Shown here piece by piece: positions 1-7,719 of a stretch of 64,000 nucleotides of DNA. The stretch is from Bryobacterales bacterium (GTDB taxonomy: Bacteria > Acidobacteriota > Terriglobia > Bryobacterales > UBA6623), in contig CBDBIU010000003.1 of assembly GCA_965206025.1 (NCBI GenBank), positions 156,372 to 220,371 of the forward strand, written 5' to 3'. Position 1 is the stretch's first letter, and each line of letters opens with the position of its first letter. A model generated the notes under the pieces. The model saw only the letters and a list, made by a program, of their open reading frames with translations. It did no database searches and was not told the DNA's origin. The translations under genes and the position numbers were made by a program.

Positions 1-293
1 GGTGCGAAATACGTTTCCGCGGCGAGGCGGCGGGGAGCGCCACCAATTTCGCGCGTTCAAAGAATCAACAAGTCGCGGGGATTTCCAGACGCGAAGCCGG
101 TGCCCGTCCCCGGGCACATCAGGCGTCGCTTCCGCCGCGGCGGGAGAGCGGGAAACCACGAAACCCTTGCGCGATCCACCAATGTTGTTGGCCGAGCGGG
201 AAAGTAGCGGAGCGCATCATCACACTGACGATAGAATAGGAGGAAGAGACGCCGGCCTCGTCCGCCTCCAAGAAAACCCGGTCCGACAAACGC

Positions 294-1565
294 GTGATCC
301 TCGCTGCTCTGCTGGTGCTTGTTCTCCTTGCCGCGGGAGGCGTCTGCGCCCAAGGCCCCCTGCTCCCCGTTGAGCTTCAGCGACTCGCCGGCGAGTACCT
401 AGATTCCGGCGACCAAGTTGACCGCGATCGGCTTCTCGCCTACGTCCGCAAATCCACCTCCCGAGAAACAAAGGGCCTAGCACGGTTCGCCCTTGGCATG
501 GGCGACCACAAAGCCGAGAACCACGCCCAAGCCGCCGAGGAGCTTGAAAAAGCAGCCGCCGAAATGGCCGAGTTGGCCGATTACGCCCGATACTACCAGG
601 CGCGCAGCTTGGCCGCGGCCGAGAAATTTGGCGAGGCGGCCGGGTTGCTGGCGGGCTTTGAGAGGAGCTTCGCGGAAAGCCGCCTGGTTCCAGGCGCCGG
701 ACGGCTGCGGGCTGAATCGTTGATCCGCTCCGAGCAAAGAGACCAGGCCAGAAAGCTACTCGAGGCCGAGAAGTCCCCGGTCGCCAAACCCGTTCGACTC
801 TGGCTGTTGGGCCGCATCGAGGAACTCGACGGTAAACCGCTCAGGGCCGTGCGGACGTACCGGCAAGCCTACTACAAATACCCACTCTCACCACAGGCGG
901 AAGAAGCCGAGAAGCGGCTTGACATACTGCGGCGAAAGTTGGGCGAGCGCTATCCGGCGGCCCCGTCCTCCTGGAGACTGGGGAGGGCGGATGTCCTTTT
1001 CCGGGCCTCGAAGTACCCCCGAGCCGGGGCGACGAACAGTCGCTTTTCGATACTCAACAAAATCGTCGTCGTTGTTGGTGGAATCATATTCTGCTTAGGG
1101 ATTCTAGATGTAATAGGGTGGCTGCCGGAGGAACCCGCCGGGCAAACAGATGTTGAAGCGTTAAGAGCCAAAGCCGAACAGGGAGACGCCGGGTCCCAGT
1201 CCGCCCTGGGCGCCGAGTACTACTTGGGCCGAGGTATGCCGCAGGACTACGCCGAAGCCGCCAAGTGGTTTCGGATGGCCGCCGAGCAGGGAGACGCCGA
1301 GGCCCAGTACAACCTCGGCGTCAGGTACGGCACGGGCCAAGGTGTCGCGCGAGACTACGTACAGGCGGACATGTGGTTGAACCTAGCGGCGTCTCGGTCG
1401 CAAGGCGAAGACCTTGTGGAATCCACGGAATCCACCAAATTAAGAGAACTACTCGCTGAAGAAATGACTCCCGACCAAATAGCCGAAGCTCAGCGCCTAG
1501 CCCGCGAGTGGAAGCCGAAGACGTGGGATGAATTGAAGAATGGGTTGGAGGCGAAGAGCCGGTAG
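294..1565 (+). CDS. Apparent in-frame chimera: N-terminal TPR-like region of a soluble lytic transglycosylase (Slt-type) joined near nt 1020-1045 to a TM helix plus Sel1-like repeats
   Basis: GTG start, signal peptide and helical TPR-like region (ELADYARYYQARSL, YYKYPLSPQAEEA), but no SLT catalytic domain. An abrupt switch to an AT-richer TM segment (IVVVVGGIIFCLGIL) is followed by Sel1 repeats (AEQGDAGSQSALG..YYLGRGMPQDYAEAAKWFRMAAEQGDAEAQYNLG). Confidence 0.65.
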   Translation: MILAALLVLVLLAAGGVCAQGPLLPVELQRLAGEYLDSGDQVDRDRLLAYVRKSTSRETKGLARFALGMGDHKAENHAQAAEELEKAAAEMAELADYARYYQARSLAAAEKFGEAAGLLAGFERSFAESRLVPGAGRLRAESLIRSEQRDQARKLLEAEKSPVAKPVRLWLLGRIEELDGKPLRAVRTYRQAYYKYPLSPQAEEAEKRLDILRRKLGERYPAAPSSWRLGRADVLFRASKYPRAGATNSRFSILNKIVVVVGGIIFCLGILDVIGWLPEEPAGQTDVEALRAKAEQGDAGSQSALGAEYYLGRGMPQDYAEAAKWFRMAAEQGDAEAQYNLGVRYGTGQGVARDYVQADMWLNLAASRSQGEDLVESTESTKLRELLAEEMTPDQIAEAQRLAREWKPKTWDELKNGLEAKSR

Positions 1566-1596
1566 CGTGGACACGCACAAGGCCGCTGCCCGGCGG

Positions 1597-1635
1597 TTGT
1601 AGCGCGGACCTGGCGCTGTTCCAGTGTCCGCGTCC
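1597..1635 (+). repeat. GTAG-type REP hairpin (second copy inverted at 49460-49498)
   Basis: TTGTAGCGCGGACCTGGCGCTGTTCCAGTGTCCGCGTCC closely matches the reverse complement of 49460-49498; GTAG followed by an imperfect palindrome. Confidence 0.7.
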
Positions 1636-1717
1636 GTAGGCGCCTACCGAGAAACAGAATTGCCAAACGAAGCCAATTTTGTATAACACCTTTTGTTACA
1701 GTGAGTTACATCTGATT

Positions 1718-1768
1718 TGGTGGGCTGATCGCGTCATTCGACCTCCGTTGGTGAGAGATGCGGGCTAG
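1718..1768 (+). repeat. CTAG-bounded repeat family, right-end fragment; contains the mutY ATG
   Basis: TGGTGGGCTGATCGCGTCATTCGACC...GGTGAGAGATGCGGGCTAG aligns with 4721-4772 and with the reverse complement of 63886-63940. Confidence 0.75.
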
Positions 1769-2864
1769 CGTCTCGACATCCCGGTCCTCCAATTCGCGCG
1801 ACCGGAAACTCGTCCAATCACTGCTTCGCTGGTATCACCGTCACCGACGGGATCTGCCCTGGCGAGGGACCCGCGATCCCTACCGCATCTGGGTTTCGGA
1901 AATCATGCTGCAGCAAACGCGCGTGGCAACCGTCATTCCCTACTACGAACGCTTCCTGAAACGGTTCCCCGCCGTCGAATCTCTTGCCAAGGTTCGCGAA
2001 CAGACTCTCCTCGGCTATTGGAGCGGACTCGGCTATTACCGCCGAGCGGGGATGATGCGAGCGGCAGCTCGCAAGGTAGTGAGCGAACATGGCGGCGCGT
2101 TCCCGGAAAGCTTCGAAGAGCTACGGGCTCTGCCCGGCATTGGGGACTATACCGCGGCGGCCGTAGCGAGCATCGCCTTCGAGCAGCCTTGCGCGGTCGT
2201 AGACGGCAACGTCATCCGCGTACTTACGCGCGTCGACGACGACTCGCGCGAGGTTACAAGCTCGCCTGTGCGGCGCGACCTGCAAACGCGAGCTCAGCAG
2301 CTTATCGCCGCCGCCGGCCCGCGCAGCCGCGGAGCGTTCAATCAAGCGATGATGGAGTTGGGTTCGCTTCTATGCGCCCGCCGCAAACCGCGGTGCCTGA
2401 TCTGCCCCGTCGCTTCGTACTGCAAAGCACGACAGGAGGGCGTACAGGAGCAACGCCCCGTTAGGCCCGAGAAGCGCCGCCCGGTTCGGCTGCAATTGGC
2501 CGTCGCGCTGGTCGAACGCGGCCGGAAGATTCTACTTAGGCAACGGCCGCGGGAAGATCCCCTCATGCCCGGGTTTTGGGAGTTGCCCGAGGTTCAAGGC
2601 CCCCGCTTGAAAGCAGACTGTTTCCACGCTCTGGGCATTCAAAAACACCAGCGGCTGGCGACGTTTCGTCACGCGATCACTTTTCGCGAATACCGGGGAG
2701 CCGTCTACCGGGGAGAGCTGGCCGCTCAGCCGCCTGACGGTTACCGCTGGGTCTCGCCCGAGAGGCTTAGAAGCCTTCCCCTGACTACCATCACCCGCAA
2801 GGCCTTGGCCGCGGCGCGCGGCCGGGGCGATAAACCTCCGCTTGCGTCTCCCGGAAACGGCTAA
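1758..2864 (+). CDS. mutY: A/G-specific adenine DNA glycosylase
   Basis: LLRWY..RDLPWR..DPYRIWVSEIMLQQTRV, HhH motif LPGIGDYTAAAVASIAF, VDGNVIRV, 4Fe-4S motif C-x6-C-x2-C-x5-C, C-terminal NUDIX-like domain. Confidence 0.96.
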   Translation: MRASVSTSRSSNSRDRKLVQSLLRWYHRHRRDLPWRGTRDPYRIWVSEIMLQQTRVATVIPYYERFLKRFPAVESLAKVREQTLLGYWSGLGYYRRAGMMRAAARKVVSEHGGAFPESFEELRALPGIGDYTAAAVASIAFEQPCAVVDGNVIRVLTRVDDDSREVTSSPVRRDLQTRAQQLIAAAGPRSRGAFNQAMMELGSLLCARRKPRCLICPVASYCKARQEGVQEQRPVRPEKRRPVRLQLAVALVERGRKILLRQRPREDPLMPGFWELPEVQGPRLKADCFHALGIQKHQRLATFRHAITFREYRGAVYRGELAAQPPDGYRWVSPERLRSLPLTTITRKALAAARGRGDKPPLASPGNG

Positions 2865-2962
2865 CCCGCCGGTCGCTTGCGCCTGCCCAGTAATCTCGAC
2901 GTACAATCTTTTCACGAATTCGCACGGGACAACATGTACGAATCGGTTGAGCAGACCGTCGG

Positions 2963-2997
2963 CTAGCCGGCTTTTCTCACCTCCTGTCGGCCGAAAC
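2963..2997 (+). repeat. CTAG-bounded repeat family, left-end fragment
   Basis: CTAGCCGGCTTTTCTCACCTCCTGTCGGCCGAAAC resembles CTAGCCCGCTTTTCTCACCACCTGACGGTCGAAGC at 63886. Confidence 0.65.
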
Positions 2998-3073
2998 CGC
3001 GTTTGCCGCCTGAATCAGCGAAACTTTTCCAAATAATCCGCGTTCTACTAGAGAGGAAGCGCCCCCGCGGGGC

Positions 3074-4507
3074 TTGAATCGAGTGAGCCGGATGCCCTAT
3101 CGCCGCCTGATCGTAGCGCTTGTGCTGACGTTCTTCCTCTGCCTTCCGGTCTACTTGGTTTCCCGGCCCACTGGCGGCGACGTAGAACTCCGTCGGACGG
3201 GCGGCAGCTTCCCCGGGGAGAGCAGTTGTGCGACCGGCGAGTGCCATGGCGGGCCGCCGAACACCGGTCCGGGACAGGTTTCGATCAGCGTCGACGGGTT
3301 GCCGCTCAGCCAATATGGCTACGCCCCAGGCGAAACTGTTCCGGTTGTGGTGGCCGTATCCGACCCGGACCAGCAACGCTGGGGATTCCAGCTCACCGCG
3401 CGCACGCCGGACGGCTGCAATCAGGCCGGCACGTTCGCCCCATCCGGGTCCGAGACCAACGTGCTGATCCGGCAGGACACGTCGGCAGTCGGGGGTTGCC
3501 CGCAGGCGACCATTCAATTCCCTGTCCATTCTTTTCCGAAGTTCGGTCCGGGCGGCGCGAGCTACACCGTCGACTGGACGGCTCCGGCCGGCAACATCGG
3601 GTCGATCGTCTTCGCCGCTGCCGGTAACGCCGCCAATGGCGACAACATGAAGACTGGGGATAAGATCTACACCACGGAAGGTGCGGTCGAAGTCGCCGGC
3701 GGCGCTGGCGGACTCAACCCTTCGATTAGCTCCGGCGGCGTCATTCTGGCCAATCTGCTGCCGACGATTACGTCGATCTCGGCGAACTCGATCATCAGCA
3801 TCTACGGAGAGAACATGGCTGCCGAAGGCACGTTCCGCCGGATCGAGTCCGGCGATCTGGTGGACAACAAGCTCCCGACCGAGCTGGCCGGCGCATGTGT
3901 CGAAGTCGGGGGAACACGTTCGCCGATGTTCTTTGTCTCGCCGGGACAATTGAACGTCCAGACGCCGACTCTGGTCGGTTTGGGCGCGGTTTCGGTCGTC
4001 GTCATCACGGACTGCGGAACCGGCTCGGAAAGCCGCAGCGATCCCGAGTTCGTCACGATGGAAGCGTTAACACCGGCGTTCTTCGTCAAGAATTTTGTGG
4101 ACGCGGCAGGCAAGAACCCGATCGCGGCTCTACACGGCGGGGGACCCGAAGAGGTCGGCGACCCGAGCGAGGTTCCCGGTGCGACACCGGCCCTGCCCGG
4201 CGAGTTCATCAGCCTGTTTGGGACCGGATTCGGCCCCACCGACCCGCCCTTCAACGCCGGCGAGGTGCCTCAACTCGAGGCGCCGCCCGGCGCCGCGGAA
4301 GTAACGAACCCGGTAAGCGTGACCATTGGTGGCCTTCCCGTTCCCGATCAAGATGTCCCCTATGCCGGCGCCGCCCCCTGTTGCGCAGGTCTTTATCAAT
4401 TGGTCATCAAGGTCCCCGACAACACCCCGGACGGCAATCTTGCCGTAGTCGCTACTGTGGGCGGTGTCTCGACACCCGACGGGCCTTATGTAACGGTGAT
4501 GCGGTAG
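3074..4507 (+). CDS. Secreted reeler/choice-of-anchor-V-like domain plus Solibacter-type IPT/TIG C-terminal domain (TIGR03437-like)
   Basis: Signal/anchor helix, GFQLTAR and WTAPA..G.I.F.AAGNAANGD reeler-like motifs, C-x4-C-H motif (CATGECH), C-terminal domain motifs SIYGEN, FVSPGQLNVQ, GEFISLFGTGFG, YAGAAP..AGLYQL. Confidence 0.75.
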   Translation: MNRVSRMPYRRLIVALVLTFFLCLPVYLVSRPTGGDVELRRTGGSFPGESSCATGECHGGPPNTGPGQVSISVDGLPLSQYGYAPGETVPVVVAVSDPDQQRWGFQLTARTPDGCNQAGTFAPSGSETNVLIRQDTSAVGGCPQATIQFPVHSFPKFGPGGASYTVDWTAPAGNIGSIVFAAAGNAANGDNMKTGDKIYTTEGAVEVAGGAGGLNPSISSGGVILANLLPTITSISANSIISIYGENMAAEGTFRRIESGDLVDNKLPTELAGACVEVGGTRSPMFFVSPGQLNVQTPTLVGLGAVSVVVITDCGTGSESRSDPEFVTMEALTPAFFVKNFVDAAGKNPIAALHGGGPEEVGDPSEVPGATPALPGEFISLFGTGFGPTDPPFNAGEVPQLEAPPGAAEVTNPVSVTIGGLPVPDQDVPYAGAAPCCAGLYQLVIKVPDNTPDGNLAVVATVGGVSTPDGPYVTVMR

Positions 4508-4572
4508 CCTCACGGGTCCGTGTCATGTCACAAGTTCGGTCACCTATATTGGAAGCCGGGCGGACGGAGAGG

Positions 4573-4772
4573 CCAGCCCGCTTTTCTCACCAGGTGGCGA
4601 GGCGAAGTGCGTGAGAGACCTGTCGGTACAAGGCGCGCGACGCTCGGCGACTCATTTTCTGAGAAATGCGAGCGTACTTGAACCCTACGTTGAGCACGGT
4701 GAGCAAGCGCAACGAAGTAATGGCGGGCCTATCGCGTGCTTCGGCCGTCAGGTGGTGAGAAATGCGGGCTAG
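4573..4772. repeat. Full-length 200-bp CTAG-bounded MITE-like repeat
   Basis: Termini CCAGCCCGCTTTTCTCACCA...TGGTGAGAAATGCGGGCTAG are inverted repeats; about 85% identity by eye to the inverted copy at 63886-64000. Confidence 0.85.
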
Positions 4773-4833
4773 GGCGGGTTAGTTCCGAACGGAGCGGCCT
4801 CTGAGGTCGAACCGCGGTAGACCAGTTTGGCGC

Positions 4834-5397
4834 CTAAGCGGGCTGCTGCGTCTGGGCGATCATCGTTCGCCGTTTGAAGTCCTCGAGCATGGACTGATCG
4901 AGGCGAACGTGGGTGGGGCGCTTTTCGAGAGTCGTCATGCGGTCGATCTTGTCCTGCAACTTAAGGAGGGCGTAAAAAAGATTTTCGGGCCGCGGGGGGC
5001 AGCCGACGACGTAAACGTCGACCGGAACAATTCTGTCGACCCCCTGCAAAACGGCGTAAGTGTTAAAAGGGCCTCCGACGCTCGAGCAGGCGCCCATCGA
5101 AATGCACCATTTCGGTTCCGGCATCTGATCCCAGATGCGCTTCAGCACAGGCGCCATCTTCAGCGTTACCGTGCCGGCCACGATCATCAGGTCCGACTGG
5201 CGGGGGCTGGGACGAAAAACTTCCGATCCGAAGCGCGCAATATCGAATCGCGACGTCGATGAGGCGATCATCTCGATGGCGCAACAGGCGAGGCCGAACG
5301 TAAGCGGCCAGATGGCCGACTTTCTCGCCCAATTGAAGACGTAGTCAACGGAAGTCGTGAGGAAGTTCTTTTCAAATTGGTTTTGCAGGAAGGGCAT
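4834..5397 (-). CDS. nuoB: NADH-quinone oxidoreductase subunit B (orphan; no other nuo genes adjacent)
   Basis: [61 protein letters not shown]. Confidence 0.96.
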   Translation of the reverse strand: MPFLQNQFEKNFLTTSVDYVFNWARKSAIWPLTFGLACCAIEMIASSTSRFDIARFGSEVFRPSPRQSDLMIVAGTVTLKMAPVLKRIWDQMPEPKWCISMGACSSVGGPFNTYAVLQGVDRIVPVDVYVVGCPPRPENLFYALLKLQDKIDRMTTLEKRPTHVRLDQSMLEDFKRRTMIAQTQQPA

Positions 5398-5417
5398 CGT
5401 GGTTTCTCAAAGTATCC

Positions 5418-5423
5418 ATTATA
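5418..5423 (-). promoter_or_regulatory. Candidate sigma70 -10 box for nuoB
   Basis: TATAAT on the minus strand, 20 nt upstream of the nuoB ATG. Confidence 0.5.
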
Positions 5424-5648
5424 GGAAATTGAAGTGCGTCGGAGACTCGTGCCATGCGAGATGATTCTGAAAACGGCTGCCCGGCAAGATCGTAGCGCGT
5501 TTCCGGCACATGTATATCCGCTAGATCGACACGCTGCAAGGTTGTACAATGCCGCCAGCGGTTTCGTCTGGTCGGAATAGGCCGCAGCCACATCCCAGCC
5601 GTTGAAGGGCGAGCCCGCGGTCGTCCTCCGGCCCTACTGTTTTGAGGG

Positions 5649-5664
5649 GAGAAATGCAGGCTAG
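5649..5664 (+). repeat. CTAG-bounded repeat family, isolated terminus
   Basis: GAGAAATGCAGGCTAG matches the family terminus GAGAAATGCGGGCTAG. Confidence 0.5.
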
Positions 5665-5706
5665 TGTTCTCCATCACGCCGGCCGTCGCGGGCTGACGGC
5701 TTGACT

Positions 5707-6594
5707 TCAACGCCGGCGCTCCCGAAACAGCAAGTATTCCCGAAGCGCCAAGTCCAGGGGCTTCGACGTATCCATCAGCCGATAGTCGGCCCCCAAGCTC
5801 CGCGTTTCCGTGCTCATTTTTTGGATGTGCGCTTTCATGCGACGGCGGTATTCATCTGCGTACTCCTGGGCGACTTCCATCCGCTCGCCGGTTTCCATGT
5901 CTTCGAGCAAAGCGGCTCCCTCCAGCCGTGGCTCGATTTCCGCCGGGTCGAGGACTTGGAAGAAAGCCAGGTCCTGACCCTGGTGGACAAGCGGACTAAC
6001 ACCCCGAATGATCGCTTCCGGGTCGGCGTAGAAGTCCGAGATGACCGCTACGAGTCCGCGCCGGCTCAAAAATTGTCGAAAGTGCTCGAAGGCTAGTTCA
6101 AGGTTCGTGCCCGTGGCGGGTTCGGCGTGCTCGAGAATGTGAAGCAAAGCCTGCAGCTGGCCGGGCCGGGCCGAGGGCCTTCGGAAGTCGCGAATCTTTT
6201 CGTCGAAAACGATCATGCCCACGGCGTCGTTCTGGCCCAGTGAAAGATAAGCCAGCGAAGCGGCTAGGAACCGAGCGTATTCCATCTTGCTGACGCCCGT
6301 CGAGCGATATCCCATGGAAGCGCTGGCGTCGAAGACGATCATCAATTGGGTGTTGGTCTCGCCCAAATAGCGCTTGACGTAGGTGCGGTCCGTTCGGGAA
6401 AACACGTTCCAGTCGATGAAGCGGGGATCGTCTCCCTGGGCATAGGGACGATATTCAGCAAACTCAAGGCTGAAGCCGAAGAAGGGGGAACGGTGCAGCC
6501 CGGTCAGGAATCCGTCCACGACGGTTCGCGCGACCAGTTCGATATTGGACAATCGCGAGAGAACCGCGGGGTCGAGCAGTTGTTGGATCGCCAT
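5707..6594 (-). CDS. DUF58 family vWA-like protein
   Basis: GLHRSPFFGFSLEFAEYRPYAQGDDPRFIDWNVFSRTDRTYVKRYLGETN, MIDAS-like FDASASM. ATG at 6594 preferred over the ORF-track start at 6621. Confidence 0.92.
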   Translation of the reverse strand: MAIQQLLDPAVLSRLSNIELVARTVVDGFLTGLHRSPFFGFSLEFAEYRPYAQGDDPRFIDWNVFSRTDRTYVKRYLGETNTQLMIVFDASASMGYRSTGVSKMEYARFLAASLAYLSLGQNDAVGMIVFDEKIRDFRRPSARPGQLQALLHILEHAEPATGTNLELAFEHFRQFLSRRGLVAVISDFYADPEAIIRGVSPLVHQGQDLAFFQVLDPAEIEPRLEGAALLEDMETGERMEVAQEYADEYRRRMKAHIQKMSTETRSLGADYRLMDTSKPLDLALREYLLFRERRR

Positions 6595-6675
6595 GGGCCG
6601 AGAAGCTGGTGCGGGCCGCACCGGTTCGCTGCTTTCGGGGCCGACGCCGAGTTGCGCTTCGCCGCAATCCCGAGT

Positions 6676-7701
6676 TTAATCCCCCGGGGTGGGGACATCC
6701 TTCAACATCTGCTTCAAGATGTCGTCCACGTCCACCCCGTCCGATTCGGCATGAAAATTCGTCAGCACGCGGTGCCGCATTACGGGCAACGTCAGCGCTT
6801 GAATGTCCGCATAGGTCACGTGATAGCGGCCGTCCATCAAGGCTCTCGCTTTCGCCGCCATGACCAGGAACTGGGTGGCGCGCACGCTGCAGCCGTAGTT
6901 CACGTATTTTCTAACGATCTCGGGGGCCGCGGGATCTTTCGGGCGCGTCGCGCGCACTAGCTCGACCGCATAGCGGGCCGCATTGTCGGAAACGGGAACC
7001 TGCCGCACAAGCTGCTGATAGCGGAGGATCTCTTCGGCCGACGTGCAGACGTCCACGTCCGGCAGTGGCCGGGTTGTGTTGCGGCTGACGACGTCGATTT
7101 CTTGATCGGTGTTCAGGTAGTCAAGGATGACTTTGAAAAGGAAGCGGTCCAACTGCGCTTCCGGCAAGGTGTAGGTGCCTTCCAACTCGATCGGGTTCTG
7201 CGTTGCCAATACAAAGAAAGGCGGTTCTAGCTGGTAGGTGACTCCGCGGACGGTCACGCTCAGCTCTTGCATGGCTTCGAGGAGCGCGGCTTGAGTCTTG
7301 GGGGGCGTGCGGTTCACCTCGTCCGCCAACAAAACGTTCGTAAAGATGGGACCCTCGACGAAAGTCCACTTGCGGTGCCCCGTGGTGACGTCTTCTTCGA
7401 TGATGTCGGTGCCGGTGACGTCGGTGGGCATCAAGTCGGGCGTAAACTGGATTCGCTTGAACTTGAGTCCGAGACTCGTGGCCAGCGTCCGCACCAGCAA
7501 CGTCTTGGCCGTTCCGGGCATACCGGTGATCAGGCAATGGCCTCCGACCAGCAGCGTCACCAGCAGATGCTCGACCACGTCGTCTTGCCCGACGATGATC
7601 CGCCCCACCTGCTCACGGATGCGGGATTGCGCGTCGCGGAACGAGCCCACCAGCTCGCGGTAGTCCGAAGTTTCAAGGTTGGTTATTGTGGGCGAACTCA
7701 T
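6676..7701 (-). CDS. moxR: MoxR family AAA+ ATPase
   Basis: Walker A variant GMPGTAKT, RIQFTPDLMPTD, LADEVNRTPPKTQAALLEAMQE, ATQNPIELEGTY.LPEAQLDRF. Confidence 0.95.
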   Translation of the reverse strand: MSSPTITNLETSDYRELVGSFRDAQSRIREQVGRIIVGQDDVVEHLLVTLLVGGHCLITGMPGTAKTLLVRTLATSLGLKFKRIQFTPDLMPTDVTGTDIIEEDVTTGHRKWTFVEGPIFTNVLLADEVNRTPPKTQAALLEAMQELSVTVRGVTYQLEPPFFVLATQNPIELEGTYTLPEAQLDRFLFKVILDYLNTDQEIDVVSRNTTRPLPDVDVCTSAEEILRYQQLVRQVPVSDNAARYAVELVRATRPKDPAAPEIVRKYVNYGCSVRATQFLVMAAKARALMDGRYHVTYADIQALTLPVMRHRVLTNFHAESDGVDVDDILKQMLKDVPTPGD

Positions 7702-7719
7702 AGTTGTTTCACGAACGGG

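Noticed and set aside
1655-1712. AAACGAAGCCAATT plus AT-rich IHF-like tract
   Set aside because: A single copy in the window, with no function supportable from the sequence.
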